A DNA stretch of 64,000 nucleotides from assembly GCF_946477725.1 (NCBI RefSeq), contig NZ_CAMKZC010000008.1, positions 10,812 through 74,811 on the forward strand. The letters are read 5' to 3'. Shown here piece after piece: positions 20,461 to 30,620 of this stretch. The notes under the pieces were generated by a model, which ran no database searches, had not been told where the DNA came from, and saw nothing but the letters and a program-made list of their open reading frames with translations. Position numbers and translations under genes: made by a program. Positions within the stretch are counted from its first letter, which is position 1, and each line of letters opens with the position of its first letter. Origin of the DNA: an uncultured Lactobacillus sp. GTDB lineage: Bacteria; Bacillota; Bacilli; Lactobacillales; Lactobacillaceae.

Positions 20461-20493
20461 AAAGGACAGTCGAATTGGTTTCGACTGTCCTTT
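20461..20493. terminator. Bidirectional intrinsic terminator
   Basis: AAAGGACAGTCGAA, loop ttggt, TTCGACTGTCCTTT. Confidence 0.8.
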
Positions 20494-20506
20494 CACTGTG
20501 TGAACT

Positions 20507-21226
20507 TTAATAATGATGTTTTCCTTTGGCTAAAACAGGTTTGATTTGAAAAATATAAGCTAAAATGCCAACTATCAGCCAGATGAAGGTAATAAATACA
20601 CTATAAGTTAGGTTGGCGCTACCTGTTTTGATATAAGTAACAGGTTCTGCAAAAGGGAATAATAAAGCAATTGCTTTTAACCATTCAGGATAAGCTGAAA
20701 TTACCACTAGTACTCCTGATACTAATTGGGCTAAACTGCTAAAAATATTCTCCAAAAAGTAGGGATCATTCATTTGCCATGAGATGGCCCAAGATACAAA
20801 ACCTAAAGCGCAGCCATAAAGACATAAAAGCGGTAGCATGAGCAAAGCTCGTTCAATAATGACTATGGGAGCACCGACTAAGTACAATAAAAATAGGTTA
20901 ATTAGTGCTAAAGTGCAGCCTATAATAATGGCAACAATGCACTTAGTAAGCCAATATCTGAAACTGAAAGGCTTTTTGGCAATTAACTCAAAGTCAATCT
21001 TTAAATTAGCATCGGTAATCACAGCAGAACAAAATGTTTCAAGGGCAAGTACCGCCGCGTCTATTTCAATGGAGCTAATGGCAACATCCCAATTAAACTG
21101 ATTAGAATACTGCATATTGATTAATACTAACAGGGCCAAATTAATCATAGGTGTGATGAAAAATTAGGTCAGTTTTGTCCGCCAATTATTCAGAAATGAA
21201 AGGCTCGATAACTGTGTAGCAAACAT
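20507..21226 (-). pseudogene. ABC-2-type permease interrupted by an in-frame TAA at codon 21
   Basis: The ATG at complement 21224-21226 overlaps the upstream permease stop (TAATG). The reading frame gives MFATQLSSLSFLNNWRTKLT, then TAA (21164-21166), then FFITPMINLALLV... in the same frame as the 213-aa ORF 20507..21148. Confidence 0.55.
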
Positions 21227-21957
21227 TAGATAATTTTCAGAGCTCCTTTCCTTCTTACTAGGTCGTTAATTTTTCTGACAATAACCACAATTAATACAAT
21301 CCAAAGAAGCAAACTGCAGAAATAAGAAGACCAGTTGAGGCTTTTATTATGGGATAAGGCAGCAATTGGTGCCGTGATTGGAATAAACCATTGTGATACG
21401 TTGGTTAATGGTCCTAAAATGGTATTATTGCCGAATAATCCTGCTAATAATAATATTGGGGTTCCGATTAAACTCTCATAGACCATTGCATTTGGTGACA
21501 GAGTTAGAAAAGATGAAATTAAGATGCCCATTACTGAGCACCCGATCCACATTAGAAAAATTAGCAAAATCTGGTCCAGAGAAATTTTACCAGTAGCTGC
21601 TCCTAATATTTTTGCCAGAATAAATGCAATAGGAAACGAAAATAAACCATAGCTCGAAGCAGGTAAAAGTAAAGTAATTAAAGAAGCTCGCTCGTCATAT
21701 TGACTGTTTAGCAAATATGGTAGCGTGCCTTTGTAACGTTCAAAACCAATACAACCGGCAACGGTTGTACACGAAGTCCACATGCCAAAAATACCACTTT
21801 GCAGCCACAATTGTGGATTATTCAAATCGTGAGAAGCATAGGCCATAATATATTGCATTAAAAAGATAGAAGTAGTACTTGTAATCGTCAACCAGACAAA
21901 ATATTGGTCTGAAAGATAATCTTTAACATGAAAGAGGAAAAGACGAATAAAACGCAT
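21226..21957 (-). CDS. ABC-2-type permease
   Basis: 243 aa with about 6 TM helices. It starts 2 nt after the ATPase stop. Confidence 0.7.
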   Translation of the reverse strand: MRFIRLFLFHVKDYLSDQYFVWLTITSTTSIFLMQYIMAYASHDLNNPQLWLQSGIFGMWTSCTTVAGCIGFERYKGTLPYLLNSQYDERASLITLLLPASSYGLFSFPIAFILAKILGAATGKISLDQILLIFLMWIGCSVMGILISSFLTLSPNAMVYESLIGTPILLLAGLFGNNTILGPLTNVSQWFIPITAPIAALSHNKSLNWSSYFCSLLLWIVLIVVIVRKINDLVRRKGALKII

Positions 21958-21959
21958 TT

Positions 21960-22724
21960 TTATTTCCTCCTTAATTTAGGCGCTAAAGCTAAGTAAGCTT
22001 CTTCTAAATTCTTAGGTTTTTTGTTTATTTCTTTTTCGGCTAAGCCAAAAACAGCATTGATGGTGCCGGTAAAAAATACTTTCCCTGCACCTAAAATGAC
22101 TACCCGTTTAGCCAATTTTTCAACTTCGGACATTGTATGACTGGTTAATAAAATACTAATACCCGAGTCAGACAAATTTTTAATTGTCTTTTGCACACTT
22201 TGTGCAATTTCAACATCAAGACCACTTGTGGGTTCATCCAAGAGTAATAGATTAGGATTATTGAGCAAAGAGCGTGCTATATGCAGTCTTTGCGTCATTC
22301 CTTTAGAAAATTCTCCCACTTTTTTATTGGCAACATTCAGAAGGTCAACAATGGACAAAACACGTTCAATTTCTTTATTTTGCCTGCGAAAGGGGACTTT
22401 AGCCAAGTCAGCAAAAAACTGTAAATTTTGCTTGGCTGTAGCGTTACGGTAAAAACCTAAATCACCACCAAAAGAAACGCCAATGTTTGGTCTCTTTCGT
22501 GCAGTGGTAATATCTTGACCATTCAAAATCACTTGGCCAGAAGTAGGGATTAAATAACCGCCAATGATTGAAACAATAGTAGTTTTGCCAGCACCATTAG
22601 GTCCTAAAAGCGCCAAAATCTCTCCTTGGTCAATTGTAAAAGAAACATCATCTAAAGCTTGAAATGCCTGCTTTTTATCCTTATAGGTTTCTTTTAAATG
22701 TTTAACTTGTAAAATATTATTCAA
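21960..22724 (-). CDS. ABC transporter ATP-binding protein (ABC-2 subfamily)
   Basis: Walker A GPNGAGKTT, signature FSKGMTQR, Walker B LLLLDEPTSGLD. I prefer the internal TTG at 22724, which has GGAG 6 nt upstream, over the track start at 22736, which has no SD. Confidence 0.85.
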   Translation of the reverse strand: MNNILQVKHLKETYKDKKQAFQALDDVSFTIDQGEILALLGPNGAGKTTIVSIIGGYLIPTSGQVILNGQDITTARKRPNIGVSFGGDLGFYRNATAKQNLQFFADLAKVPFRRQNKEIERVLSIVDLLNVANKKVGEFSKGMTQRLHIARSLLNNPNLLLLDEPTSGLDVEIAQSVQKTIKNLSDSGISILLTSHTMSEVEKLAKRVVILGAGKVFFTGTINAVFGLAEKEINKKPKNLEEAYLALAPKLRRK

Positions 22725-22883
22725 TTTTTTCTCCAAAATTAATTTGTAGTAACTTTATCATTTAAAAAGGAAGGATGATAAATATTTCGTATACAGGTTA
22801 ATTTGAAGATCTTTTCATGAACATTAAATCTAATAAGAAAATTATAGCACAACTTTATTTATTTCTTAATTTATTATGAATAA

Positions 22884-22910
22884 AAAACCTGCTCCTTGCG
22901 AGCAGGTTTT
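22884..22910 (-). terminator. Intrinsic terminator of the MacB-like operon
   Basis: AAAACCTGCTC pairs with GAGCAGGTTTT around a 5-nt loop. On the minus strand it is followed by TTTTTTATT. Confidence 0.75.
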
Positions 22911-22912
22911 AG

Positions 22913-25705
22913 TTAATCGACTGATTTTAAAGCTTCTAACATATCAAGGTCTTTTAACTTTTTATTAACGATAAAGCCTAAAATAATAGTAATCACACCA
23001 ATTACACCTAATGGCCACAGAAAACTTGGAGCAGATAATGCCGGATTAAACATGACATTATCAGGTGGTACTACGTAAAGAATATAGCGATAGAGCAAAT
23101 CTCCGGTCAGATAGCCTACCAAAATACCAATGCCTGTTAAAAGAATAGTTTCACGATAAATATACATTGTAACTTCATTATCATAAAATCCTAAAACTTT
23201 GATTGTTGAGAGTTCTCGTATTCTTTCAGCAATATTAATATTAGTAAGGTTATACTGAATTACAATTGCTAAAAGTCCAGCAACTACTATTAGCACTAGC
23301 ATAATTAAATTTAAAGATTGGACCACGACATCTAATTCCTGGCTAACAGCCGTGTTTTGTACGACACCAGCCACTCCGGATAAAGCCATAAATTGGGCAG
23401 CTATATTTCTAGTGTTTTTGCGACTAGGATTAGTTAAATTAACTAAATAGGCGTTAGATTTGAAGTCGCGTTTAAAAATATCTTGATATTGATTCTTATT
23501 CATGAAGACAAAATGTCCCATGTACATTTCTGTAATACCAGCTACTTTCATTCTTCTAGACTTATTATCTTTGTCCGTGAGCGTTAGATATCCGCCTTTG
23601 CTTACTTTAAGCAGAGTTGCCAACCGTTCCGATATGATGACGCCATTATTAGTTAAATGCAGAGTCTGCTTGGTTTTCCGATTAGTTAGCTGAACGTAAT
23701 CTTTTAATACCTTGTCAGAAGACGGTGCAATTAACGTAATGTCTTGAGTGTCACCAGTTTTACCGGCAATTTTAGACATAGATTCGTAATAAATTGGAGT
23801 CTCCGATTTAATATTGTTTTCGTTTAACTTATTATTGAGAGTCTTTTGCTGGTTAACTGAAATACCAGGCTTTTGGGCGACAATCATGTTGTAATGAATT
23901 AGATCGTTGAACTGCCTGTTATTCATGTTAGTAATTGAATTTTTGACAGCGAAACCTGCAAAAAGCATAGTAGCAGCACCACAAACGCCAAAGATGGTCA
24001 TCAGCATGCGTTTCTTATAACGAAAAATATTACGGGCAGTAACTTTATGGGTAAAACTGAGATGGTTCCAAATGAAAGGAATTTTTTCTAAAAGGATTGT
24101 TGATCCTGCAGCCGGAGCTTTTGGTAACAAGAGGGCAGCTGGCTTTTCTCTAAATTCATTCTTCGCAGTTAAATATGCCGGTAAAACTGAACTAATCCAA
24201 GACAATAGGAGAGCTACCAGACTGATCTGCCAGTGAAAGTGTAATTCAATTGGTGGGATCGTTAATGACTTGTAATATGCATGGTAAACAATCTGCGGCA
24301 TCAAAGTGTGGCCCAAATAAATTCCTAAAATGGTACCGATGGTACCTGAGATAAAGCCATATGCCAGAAATTTATTGATAATGACATAATCATCATAACC
24401 AAGTGCTTTCATTGTGCCGGAATTAATTCTCTCTTCGTCAATAAAACGATTCATGGTGGTAAATGTAACTAGAGCGGCAACAAAATAGAGAAAAATCGGG
24501 AATACTTTTGCTAAATCTTCAACAACTTGTGCTACAGTTGTATAAACTAAATTACCTTCACCGCCAGGAACTTCCCTTCGGTTATACACGCTATAACTGG
24601 GCAGAGCTAACTTTTTTAATTGCTTTTTCGCCTTGTTAATTTGCTCTTTACCAGTTTTTATTTTTGGGGCTGCATTACGCGATTTTTGCGCAAATACTTT
24701 TTTCTCTTGTTGGAGTTTTTGCTCACCAGCAGCTATTTCTCGTTCAGCCTGCTCCATTTGAGCTTGAGCAGCTGGTGGCAAATTTATACCAGCAGCTTTA
24801 GCTTGAGCTACTTTTGCATTTAATTTTTCTTTTTGAGTGGCTAATTGCTTTTCGGCAGCGTTAATTTGCTGACTGGCAGCTTTTAATTTTTGCTCAGCTT
24901 CATGTATCTTCTTTTCTTGCGGTGCAAGCTTTTTGGTAGCAGCGGATAGAATTCTTTCTTTTCTTTGATAAGCAGTGTCCTTTAAGTCATCCTGTAAAAC
25001 TCTTTTATGATTCTTAACCTTGCTGGTATAAGTCTTGCCATAAGAATCAAGGCCTCTCAAATCTTTATATCTTAAGTTGGCAGTCGTATAGACAGTATGG
25101 TTAAATGCGTTAGGATCAACTACTGCGTAACCTTTTAATTCTCCGGTACCACTATTGCTTTGACCTAAATTGACATTTGATAAAATCTGGCTAGAGCGCA
25201 CAAAGCCCACAATTTTAAAACTTTTTCGTTTTAAAAGAGTCGTACCTAAAACATTTTTCTTTTCAGTGAAAGTGATTTTTTGACCAATTTGATATTTATC
25301 AGAATAATGGTCTGCTAAAGCAATTTCGTTTGACTTAGTGGGCAGGTGACCTTTGCGAACTTCATATTTGCCCACAAAATTGGGCTTAGAAAAAATGCGA
25401 AAGCTTTCCTGACTGTTTTTGATTACAGTATCCGTCATATAACCAAATTCAACAGCCTGCAGGCCCTTAGTTTTCTTGATTTTTTGCGTATCTTTCTGAT
25501 CTAAGCCGTAATTGCAAATAACCGTTAAATCAGCAGTATTGAGCTTTTGTGCATAATGATTTCCAGTATCGCGCATATCTGGGCCAGTAACCATTAAACC
25601 AACTAAAGCAAACGCACCGATCATCATGAGTCCCATGATAGAAACAAATTGGCCCTTGGTATGCTTAATTGATCGCCAAAAATCTTTTAGAATAACTTTA
25701 TTCAT
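22913..25705 (-). CDS. FtsX/MacB-type ABC permease, duplicated, with a large extracytoplasmic domain containing a coiled-coil insert
   Basis: 930 aa. Two FtsX-like 4-TM modules are present. An Ala/Gln/Lys-rich heptad-like segment spans aa 240-366. It sits downstream of a MacB-type ATPase. Confidence 0.8.
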   Translation of the reverse strand: MNKVILKDFWRSIKHTKGQFVSIMGLMMIGAFALVGLMVTGPDMRDTGNHYAQKLNTADLTVICNYGLDQKDTQKIKKTKGLQAVEFGYMTDTVIKNSQESFRIFSKPNFVGKYEVRKGHLPTKSNEIALADHYSDKYQIGQKITFTEKKNVLGTTLLKRKSFKIVGFVRSSQILSNVNLGQSNSGTGELKGYAVVDPNAFNHTVYTTANLRYKDLRGLDSYGKTYTSKVKNHKRVLQDDLKDTAYQRKERILSAATKKLAPQEKKIHEAEQKLKAASQQINAAEKQLATQKEKLNAKVAQAKAAGINLPPAAQAQMEQAEREIAAGEQKLQQEKKVFAQKSRNAAPKIKTGKEQINKAKKQLKKLALPSYSVYNRREVPGGEGNLVYTTVAQVVEDLAKVFPIFLYFVAALVTFTTMNRFIDEERINSGTMKALGYDDYVIINKFLAYGFISGTIGTILGIYLGHTLMPQIVYHAYYKSLTIPPIELHFHWQISLVALLLSWISSVLPAYLTAKNEFREKPAALLLPKAPAAGSTILLEKIPFIWNHLSFTHKVTARNIFRYKKRMLMTIFGVCGAATMLFAGFAVKNSITNMNNRQFNDLIHYNMIVAQKPGISVNQQKTLNNKLNENNIKSETPIYYESMSKIAGKTGDTQDITLIAPSSDKVLKDYVQLTNRKTKQTLHLTNNGVIISERLATLLKVSKGGYLTLTDKDNKSRRMKVAGITEMYMGHFVFMNKNQYQDIFKRDFKSNAYLVNLTNPSRKNTRNIAAQFMALSGVAGVVQNTAVSQELDVVVQSLNLIMLVLIVVAGLLAIVIQYNLTNINIAERIRELSTIKVLGFYDNEVTMYIYRETILLTGIGILVGYLTGDLLYRYILYVVPPDNVMFNPALSAPSFLWPLGVIGVITIILGFIVNKKLKDLDMLEALKSVD

Positions 25706-25717
25706 GATTAGCCTTTT

Positions 25718-26419
25718 CTACCATTTAACATTTGCAACACTATCGGGGTGTGAATTTTCTTCAATTTGCGTAACCTTGCCATCATGGAAGTGAATTACCC
25801 GGTTAGCAAGAGGAGCCAGAGCACTATTATGTGTAACTATAACTACTGTAGTTCCGTTATTGCGGCTCATATTAATAATCGTTTGTAAAACGCTTTTTCC
25901 CGTTTGGTAATCAAGTGCGCCAGTGGGCTCATCGCAAAGTAGAATTTTTGGATTTTTGGCTATCGCCCGAGCGATTGCTACTCTTTGCTGTTCACCACCA
26001 GATAATTCTGCCGGAAAGTTATTAATGCGGTTTTTGAGACCAACATCAACCAAAGTTTTTACCGGATCAAGTGCGTCAGGAACGATTTCTGATGCCAGCT
26101 CAACGTTTTCTCTTGCTGTGAGGTTTTGAATTAAGTTATAAAATTGAAATACAAAGCCAATATCAGTCCGGCGGTAACTTGTCAGCTGCCGCTTATTATA
26201 TTTAGCAATATTATTACCATCGATAATGACATCACCGGAACTGTTAGTATCCATTCCACCTAAAATATTTAGAATAGTTGACTTACCAGCACCGGATGCA
26301 CCCAAAATAATGGCCAGTTCACCTTTTTCAACAGTAAAACTAACATCATTATTAGCTAATATTTCTGTATCTCCTGTATGGTAACGCTTAAAGTTGTGTC
26401 GTACGTCAATATAACTCAT
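25718..26419 (-). CDS. ABC transporter ATP-binding protein (MacB/LolD-like)
   Basis: Walker [10 protein letters not shown], signature [14 protein letters not shown], Walker [13 protein letters not shown]. Confidence 0.9.
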   Translation of the reverse strand: MSYIDVRHNFKRYHTGDTEILANNDVSFTVEKGELAIILGASGAGKSTILNILGGMDTNSSGDVIIDGNNIAKYNKRQLTSYRRTDIGFVFQFYNLIQNLTARENVELASEIVPDALDPVKTLVDVGLKNRINNFPAELSGGEQQRVAIARAIAKNPKILLCDEPTGALDYQTGKSVLQTIINMSRNNGTTVVIVTHNSALAPLANRVIHFHDGKVTQIEENSHPDSVANVKW

Positions 26420-26465
26420 GAAAATTTGTCCTTATCATTTTTAAAACAATATTCATATTCTTATT

Positions 26466-27278
26466 CTAATCTAAATAGCTCTCTAATACTTGCAATACGC
26501 CCATTTCGTTATTAGACGGTGCCTCATATTTAGCAATTTTTTTAAGGTCTTCATGTCCATTTTTCATTGCATAACTATATCCCGCTAATTCGATCATTTC
26601 TTGATCGTTTAAACCATCGCCAAAAGCAATTAATTCTTCAGGTTTTACGTTAAAGTAACGCAGAAAATATTTTAAACCCTGTCCCTTATTAACTCCATTC
26701 GGCATTACATCTATATTATTAAAACCACTGGTAGTGCAATGAATTCTTTCTGGATTCGTCTGATTGAATTTTAGTTCTAATTCATGCGCAAGTTCAGCAG
26801 AGCACTCTAAGGTCAATTTGGTTAGGCTATCACTTGTTGGAATATTAATAAGATCGCCAATTTCACAGGCGTTAGGATAAAAATAATGCATCAAATTTTT
26901 AAAGTTACTTAATGCCTTTTTACTCAGATATGAGTTGTTCAAGCCACTGGCAGCAATTTGAACATAAGGATAATTGGTTTGAATAAAATTAATTAATTTT
27001 ATGCCAGTTTTATAAGTAAACACATGGCGAACTATTATTTGATTGTCTTTCGTTAAAATTGAACCATTATCAGCGACAATATCAATCCGATCTAAAAATT
27101 CATAAAAATCTTGACGTAAACGTGATAATGGTCTGCCACTGGAGACGATAAAGTGGATATGTCTTTGACGCAATTTAGTTAAGACTTTTTCGAAGCGCTC
27201 ATGATCAAACTGTTTTTCATCATTTTCAAAGGTTCCATCCATGTCAACGGCTACAGCTTTAAAGGGAATATTTGTCAT
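26466..27278 (-). CDS. HAD-superfamily Cof-type phosphatase
   Basis: Motifs AVDMDGTF, SSGRP and GDGLNDQEM are present. At 270 aa it is probably the first gene of the operon with the MacB-like ABC genes; the gap is 46 nt with no terminator. Confidence 0.8.
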   Translation of the reverse strand: MTNIPFKAVAVDMDGTFENDEKQFDHERFEKVLTKLRQRHIHFIVSSGRPLSRLRQDFYEFLDRIDIVADNGSILTKDNQIIVRHVFTYKTGIKLINFIQTNYPYVQIAASGLNNSYLSKKALSNFKNLMHYFYPNACEIGDLINIPTSDSLTKLTLECSAELAHELELKFNQTNPERIHCTTSGFNNIDVMPNGVNKGQGLKYFLRYFNVKPEELIAFGDGLNDQEMIELAGYSYAMKNGHEDLKKIAKYEAPSNNEMGVLQVLESYLD

Positions 27279-27410
27279 ATAGATCTCCTCAATTTATTTT
27301 TTAGTTACTACTATTATATAGTAGATATTCGGATATTTTAACTATTGCTAGTGAAATAATATTGAGTACTGCTATTTTTGAAAGCATTTTAACTAAATTT
27401 TTGATATATA

Positions 27411-27439
27411 AAAACTCCGAAACCAAAATAGTTTCGGAG
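27411..27439 (-). terminator. Intrinsic terminator of the APC permease gene
   Basis: CTCCGAAAC pairs with GTTTCGGAG. On the minus strand it is followed by TTTTTATATA. Confidence 0.65.
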
Positions 27440-27458
27440 AATGGAGTTAAATTAAAAT

Positions 27459-29120
27459 TTAGTTACTAACTTGAGTAGGCTTTCTTCTTCCGACAAGCCA
27501 ACAAACCAGGATTGCCAAAATTGTTTCAATAATAATCATGACAATATTAACACCAATTTTAATTTGACCAAAATTAATTGCAGCGTTGTGAAATAGTGTA
27601 TTTTTCTCACCAAGGTATAGATCAAAAACAATAGAACCGATTATCAAAATAAAAATAGTAGCCCATTGCTTTTTGTTAAATGCAATACCATATTCTTCTT
27701 CACGCCGTCTGATACTTGGAAGAATAACACCTAAACCAATTAACACGATAATAGCGACAATATTAATTATTAATTCGTACCACCAATAACCACTAAACTT
27801 CTTGATATCTTGGGGTGCAATTCCTAAAATAGTTGCGGCAGCAGTCACTATGAGTAAAAATAAACCGGCAAGGTATCCCAGCCTGTCGTTCTTAATAAAA
27901 ACGTAGTCTGAGGTAAACTTTTGCGAGTTTTTCCTGATCTGCATGAACGAGAAGAAGATCCAGCAGGTTACTCCAGGAGAAATAATTCCATTCAAATTCA
28001 GCAGCCAATTAAAGATATCGTTCATATCTGGTAGGAAGATACCTAACAGCATGATAAAAGCTGATAAAGAAACAGTTAAAACATAGCCATTAATAGGTAG
28101 ACCATTTTTGTCTTTTTTCTGTAAGAACTTAGGCATATATTTATCGCCAGTGTCAGAAATGAGCATCCTAGTCATAGCGTCAAGTAGTACAGCCAACAAA
28201 GCGGCGTTATAAAAGACAGAAGTCCACGCCCAAACATAAAGTAAGGTTTTGCCCATACCATATTGGTGTCCTACCATATCAAAAACGTAATAAGCACCGT
28301 TCATTTTTAAATCATTAGGAATATGGTAGCTGTTAAAATATATTCCCAAAGCAAAAGAGCCAAAGACTGTTAGAAAAATAGTCATTAATGCCAAAGCAAT
28401 CATTGCTTTAGGAAAATCAGACTTAGGCTTTTTCATCTTAGTCACATAAGGTGCCACCAATTCACAACCGTTCAGTGCATAAATAAGCATTGCAATAGTT
28501 GTCCAATAATGCATGTCAAACTTGGGAATAAGTGTCCGCCAGGTAAACGGCTGTGTTGCCATGTGACCGCCTGATTTTGCTAGTCCCAAGAAGGCTAGGA
28601 AAACAAACATCAGGGTCATGATGAGCATTAATCCACCACCAATAGTAGACAGAACTTCCATTGAATGAGAAAAATAATGTTCAACAATAATAAAAATAAT
28701 GAACATAGCAAAAGTCATCAAGGCGAATTTGGTATTAGAAATTTGACTTTGAAACTTTTCAGAACCGGTCAAAGCCCAGCCAATATCAACGATTATTTCG
28801 TTAGCTGAATCAACTGCATAAGGAATTGAAGCTGCCCAGTAAGTCCAAGCTGTGAAATAGCCCAAAAATTCTCCGTTAGTTCCACGAACCCAGGATGATA
28901 AGCCGCCACCTTCATTATTGAAAACGGATCCCAGCTGGCCCACCATTAATGAATAGGGAATGACATAAAACAAGCACATGATAATCCATGAAGTAACAAC
29001 CGGCATTCCCTGATTTTGAAAGTTGTACATAATATCGTCCAGCCCGATCACGGTACAAAAAGCCATCAGGGTTAAGACTGGCCAAGATATGTATTTCTTG
29101 TTTGAATTTATTTCCTCCAC
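27459..29120 (-). CDS. APC-superfamily amino-acid permease (YjeM-like) with extra C-terminal TM helices
   Basis: Polytopic membrane protein. I prefer the GTG at 29120, which has AAGGAG 9 nt upstream, over the TTG at 29144 given in the track. Confidence 0.75.
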   Translation of the reverse strand: MEEINSNKKYISWPVLTLMAFCTVIGLDDIMYNFQNQGMPVVTSWIIMCLFYVIPYSLMVGQLGSVFNNEGGGLSSWVRGTNGEFLGYFTAWTYWAASIPYAVDSANEIIVDIGWALTGSEKFQSQISNTKFALMTFAMFIIFIIVEHYFSHSMEVLSTIGGGLMLIMTLMFVFLAFLGLAKSGGHMATQPFTWRTLIPKFDMHYWTTIAMLIYALNGCELVAPYVTKMKKPKSDFPKAMIALALMTIFLTVFGSFALGIYFNSYHIPNDLKMNGAYYVFDMVGHQYGMGKTLLYVWAWTSVFYNAALLAVLLDAMTRMLISDTGDKYMPKFLQKKDKNGLPINGYVLTVSLSAFIMLLGIFLPDMNDIFNWLLNLNGIISPGVTCWIFFSFMQIRKNSQKFTSDYVFIKNDRLGYLAGLFLLIVTAAATILGIAPQDIKKFSGYWWYELIINIVAIIVLIGLGVILPSIRRREEEYGIAFNKKQWATIFILIIGSIVFDLYLGEKNTLFHNAAINFGQIKIGVNIVMIIIETILAILVCWLVGRRKPTQVSN

Positions 29121-29327
29121 TAAAACTCTCTCCTTTGAAAACAATTAATGTTTTTATTTTACTAATTAAATAAAAAATTGACCAGAGTCAAGATAAACTT
29201 ATTTTAATGAAAGCGTATTAATTTATGTTAAAAAGTGAAGCTAAATAATTGCTAGTATTGAAATTTGTGGTGCTATGCGGTAAGATAATATCGTTAATAC
29301 GCTATCAAAAGAAAGAAGGATTCTTAA

Positions 29328-30056
29328 ATGTCAGGACATTCAAAATGGCACAATATTCAAGGCCGCAAGAATGCGCAAGACGCAAAGAGGGGTAAAATTT
29401 TCCAAAAATTATCTCGTGAAATATATATGGCTGCAAAGAATGGTGGTCCTGATCCTTCCGGAAATCCTAATTTGCGTATGGTAATGGATAAGGCTCATGC
29501 CAATAATATGCCAAAATCTAATATCGACCGGGCTATTAAAAAGGCTGAAGGCAATTCAGACGAACATTACGATGAAATTACTTACGAAGGTTATGCGCCT
29601 GGTGGTGTAGCTATCTTTGTCGAGGCATTAACTGATAATAAGAACCGAACAGCTTCTGCTGTTAGAGTTGCTTTTACCAGAAATGGTGGCTCTCTTGGTG
29701 CTACGGGTTCTGTTGCATATATGTTCAATCGTAGGGGCTACATTGTTATTGACCGCTCAACAACTGATGCTGATGAAGATCAAATGTTACTTGATGTAAT
29801 GGATGCTGGCGGTGATGACTTGCAAACTAGCGATGATGCATATGAAATTTACACCGACCCTAAGCAATTTGCTCAAGTACGCGATGCACTTGAAAAAGCG
29901 GGCTATAAGTTGGCCAATGCAGAATTGACAATGATACCTGAAACAACCACTCCAGTTCCAGATGATAAAAAAGAACAATTCGATCATTTGGTAGATGCTC
30001 TGGAAGATGATGATGATGTTCAGAATGTCTATACGGCTGCAACTGACGAAGAATAA
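29328..30056 (+). CDS. yebC: YebC/PmpR-family DNA-binding regulator
   Basis: Begins [25 protein letters not shown], the diagnostic N terminus for this family. 242 aa. Confidence 0.92.
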   Translation: MSGHSKWHNIQGRKNAQDAKRGKIFQKLSREIYMAAKNGGPDPSGNPNLRMVMDKAHANNMPKSNIDRAIKKAEGNSDEHYDEITYEGYAPGGVAIFVEALTDNKNRTASAVRVAFTRNGGSLGATGSVAYMFNRRGYIVIDRSTTDADEDQMLLDVMDAGGDDLQTSDDAYEIYTDPKQFAQVRDALEKAGYKLANAELTMIPETTTPVPDDKKEQFDHLVDALEDDDDVQNVYTAATDEE

Positions 30057-30076
30057 TAAAATATTCATTTTAATGG

Positions 30077-30116
30077 ATTCTCTAGAATCGAAGATGCGGT
30101 TCTAGAGAATTTTTTT
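30077..30116 (+). terminator. Intrinsic terminator of yebC
   Basis: ATTCTCTAGAA (30077-30087) pairs with TTCTAGAGAAT (30100-30110), followed by T6. Confidence 0.75.
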
Positions 30117-30125
30117 ATATTAAAA

Positions 30126-30458
30126 CTAATTTTTTTGTTTCTCTGCTTTATCTTCTTCCATAATAAAACGGAGCATTTTAATATATTTTTCTGGTACTTC
30201 TTGTCCTTGATACAATAACTGAGTGTTCTTATCGGCTATGTCCAAACGAAAGCTTTTCGAACTTTCTTCTTTCTGACCTAATAAATAATCAGTAGATACG
30301 TGCAATTGTCGAGCTACTTTAGTCAAAGACTGGATTGAAGGTTTGATTGTCTTCCAACGATAAATACTATTTTCACCAATTTTGGCTTTCCTAGCCAGTT
30401 CCTTTATTGACATTCCTTGTTCTTTAGCGGAGTTGTAAATACGAGAATAAACATTCAT
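30126..30458 (-). CDS. XRE-family helix-turn-helix transcriptional regulator
   Basis: 110 aa. The HTH reads MSIKELARKAKIGENSIYRWKT...SLTKVARQLHVSTDYLLG. Confidence 0.75.
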   Translation of the reverse strand: MNVYSRIYNSAKEQGMSIKELARKAKIGENSIYRWKTIKPSIQSLTKVARQLHVSTDYLLGQKEESSKSFRLDIADKNTQLLYQGQEVPEKYIKMLRFIMEEDKAEKQKN

Positions 30459-30504
30459 GCTATTTTCGTCCTTAAAAAAGTATTACAAATGATTGCTTTT
30501 GTTC

Positions 30505-30620
30505 TTGACCGCTATCAAATATGGTAATATAATAAAATTATCCACATAGTGGTAAGCACAAAATTTTCATTTTTGTGTTAGTTAATATGGTAGCCTCAAT
30601 TTGAACTTGGCTACTTTTTT
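30505..30620 (+). ncRNA. Candidate small RNA: consensus promoter plus a transcript of about 80 nt with two hairpins
   Basis: TTGACC (30505-30510), a 17-nt spacer, then TATAAT (30528-30533). Hairpin 1 is GCACAAAA/TTTTGTGT. Hairpin 2 is GTAGCC/GGCTAC followed by T6 (30615-30620). No credible ORF or RBS lies inside. Confidence 0.3.

Noticed and set aside
24620-24823. Apparent low-complexity, repeat-like DNA that might suggest a tandem repeat or CRISPR-like array. It coincides with a plus-strand 67-aa ORF.
   Set aside because: It is the antisense of the Ala/Gln/Lys-rich coiled-coil segment of the MacB-type permease. There are no exact direct repeats with unique spacers, and the minus-strand frame is continuous.
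30538-30546. A perfect DnaA box (TTATCCACA) just downstream of the consensus promoter.
   Set aside because: It is a single isolated box with only weak partial matches nearby. There is no dnaA/dnaN context, and one chance occurrence in 64 kb of AT-rich DNA is unremarkable.
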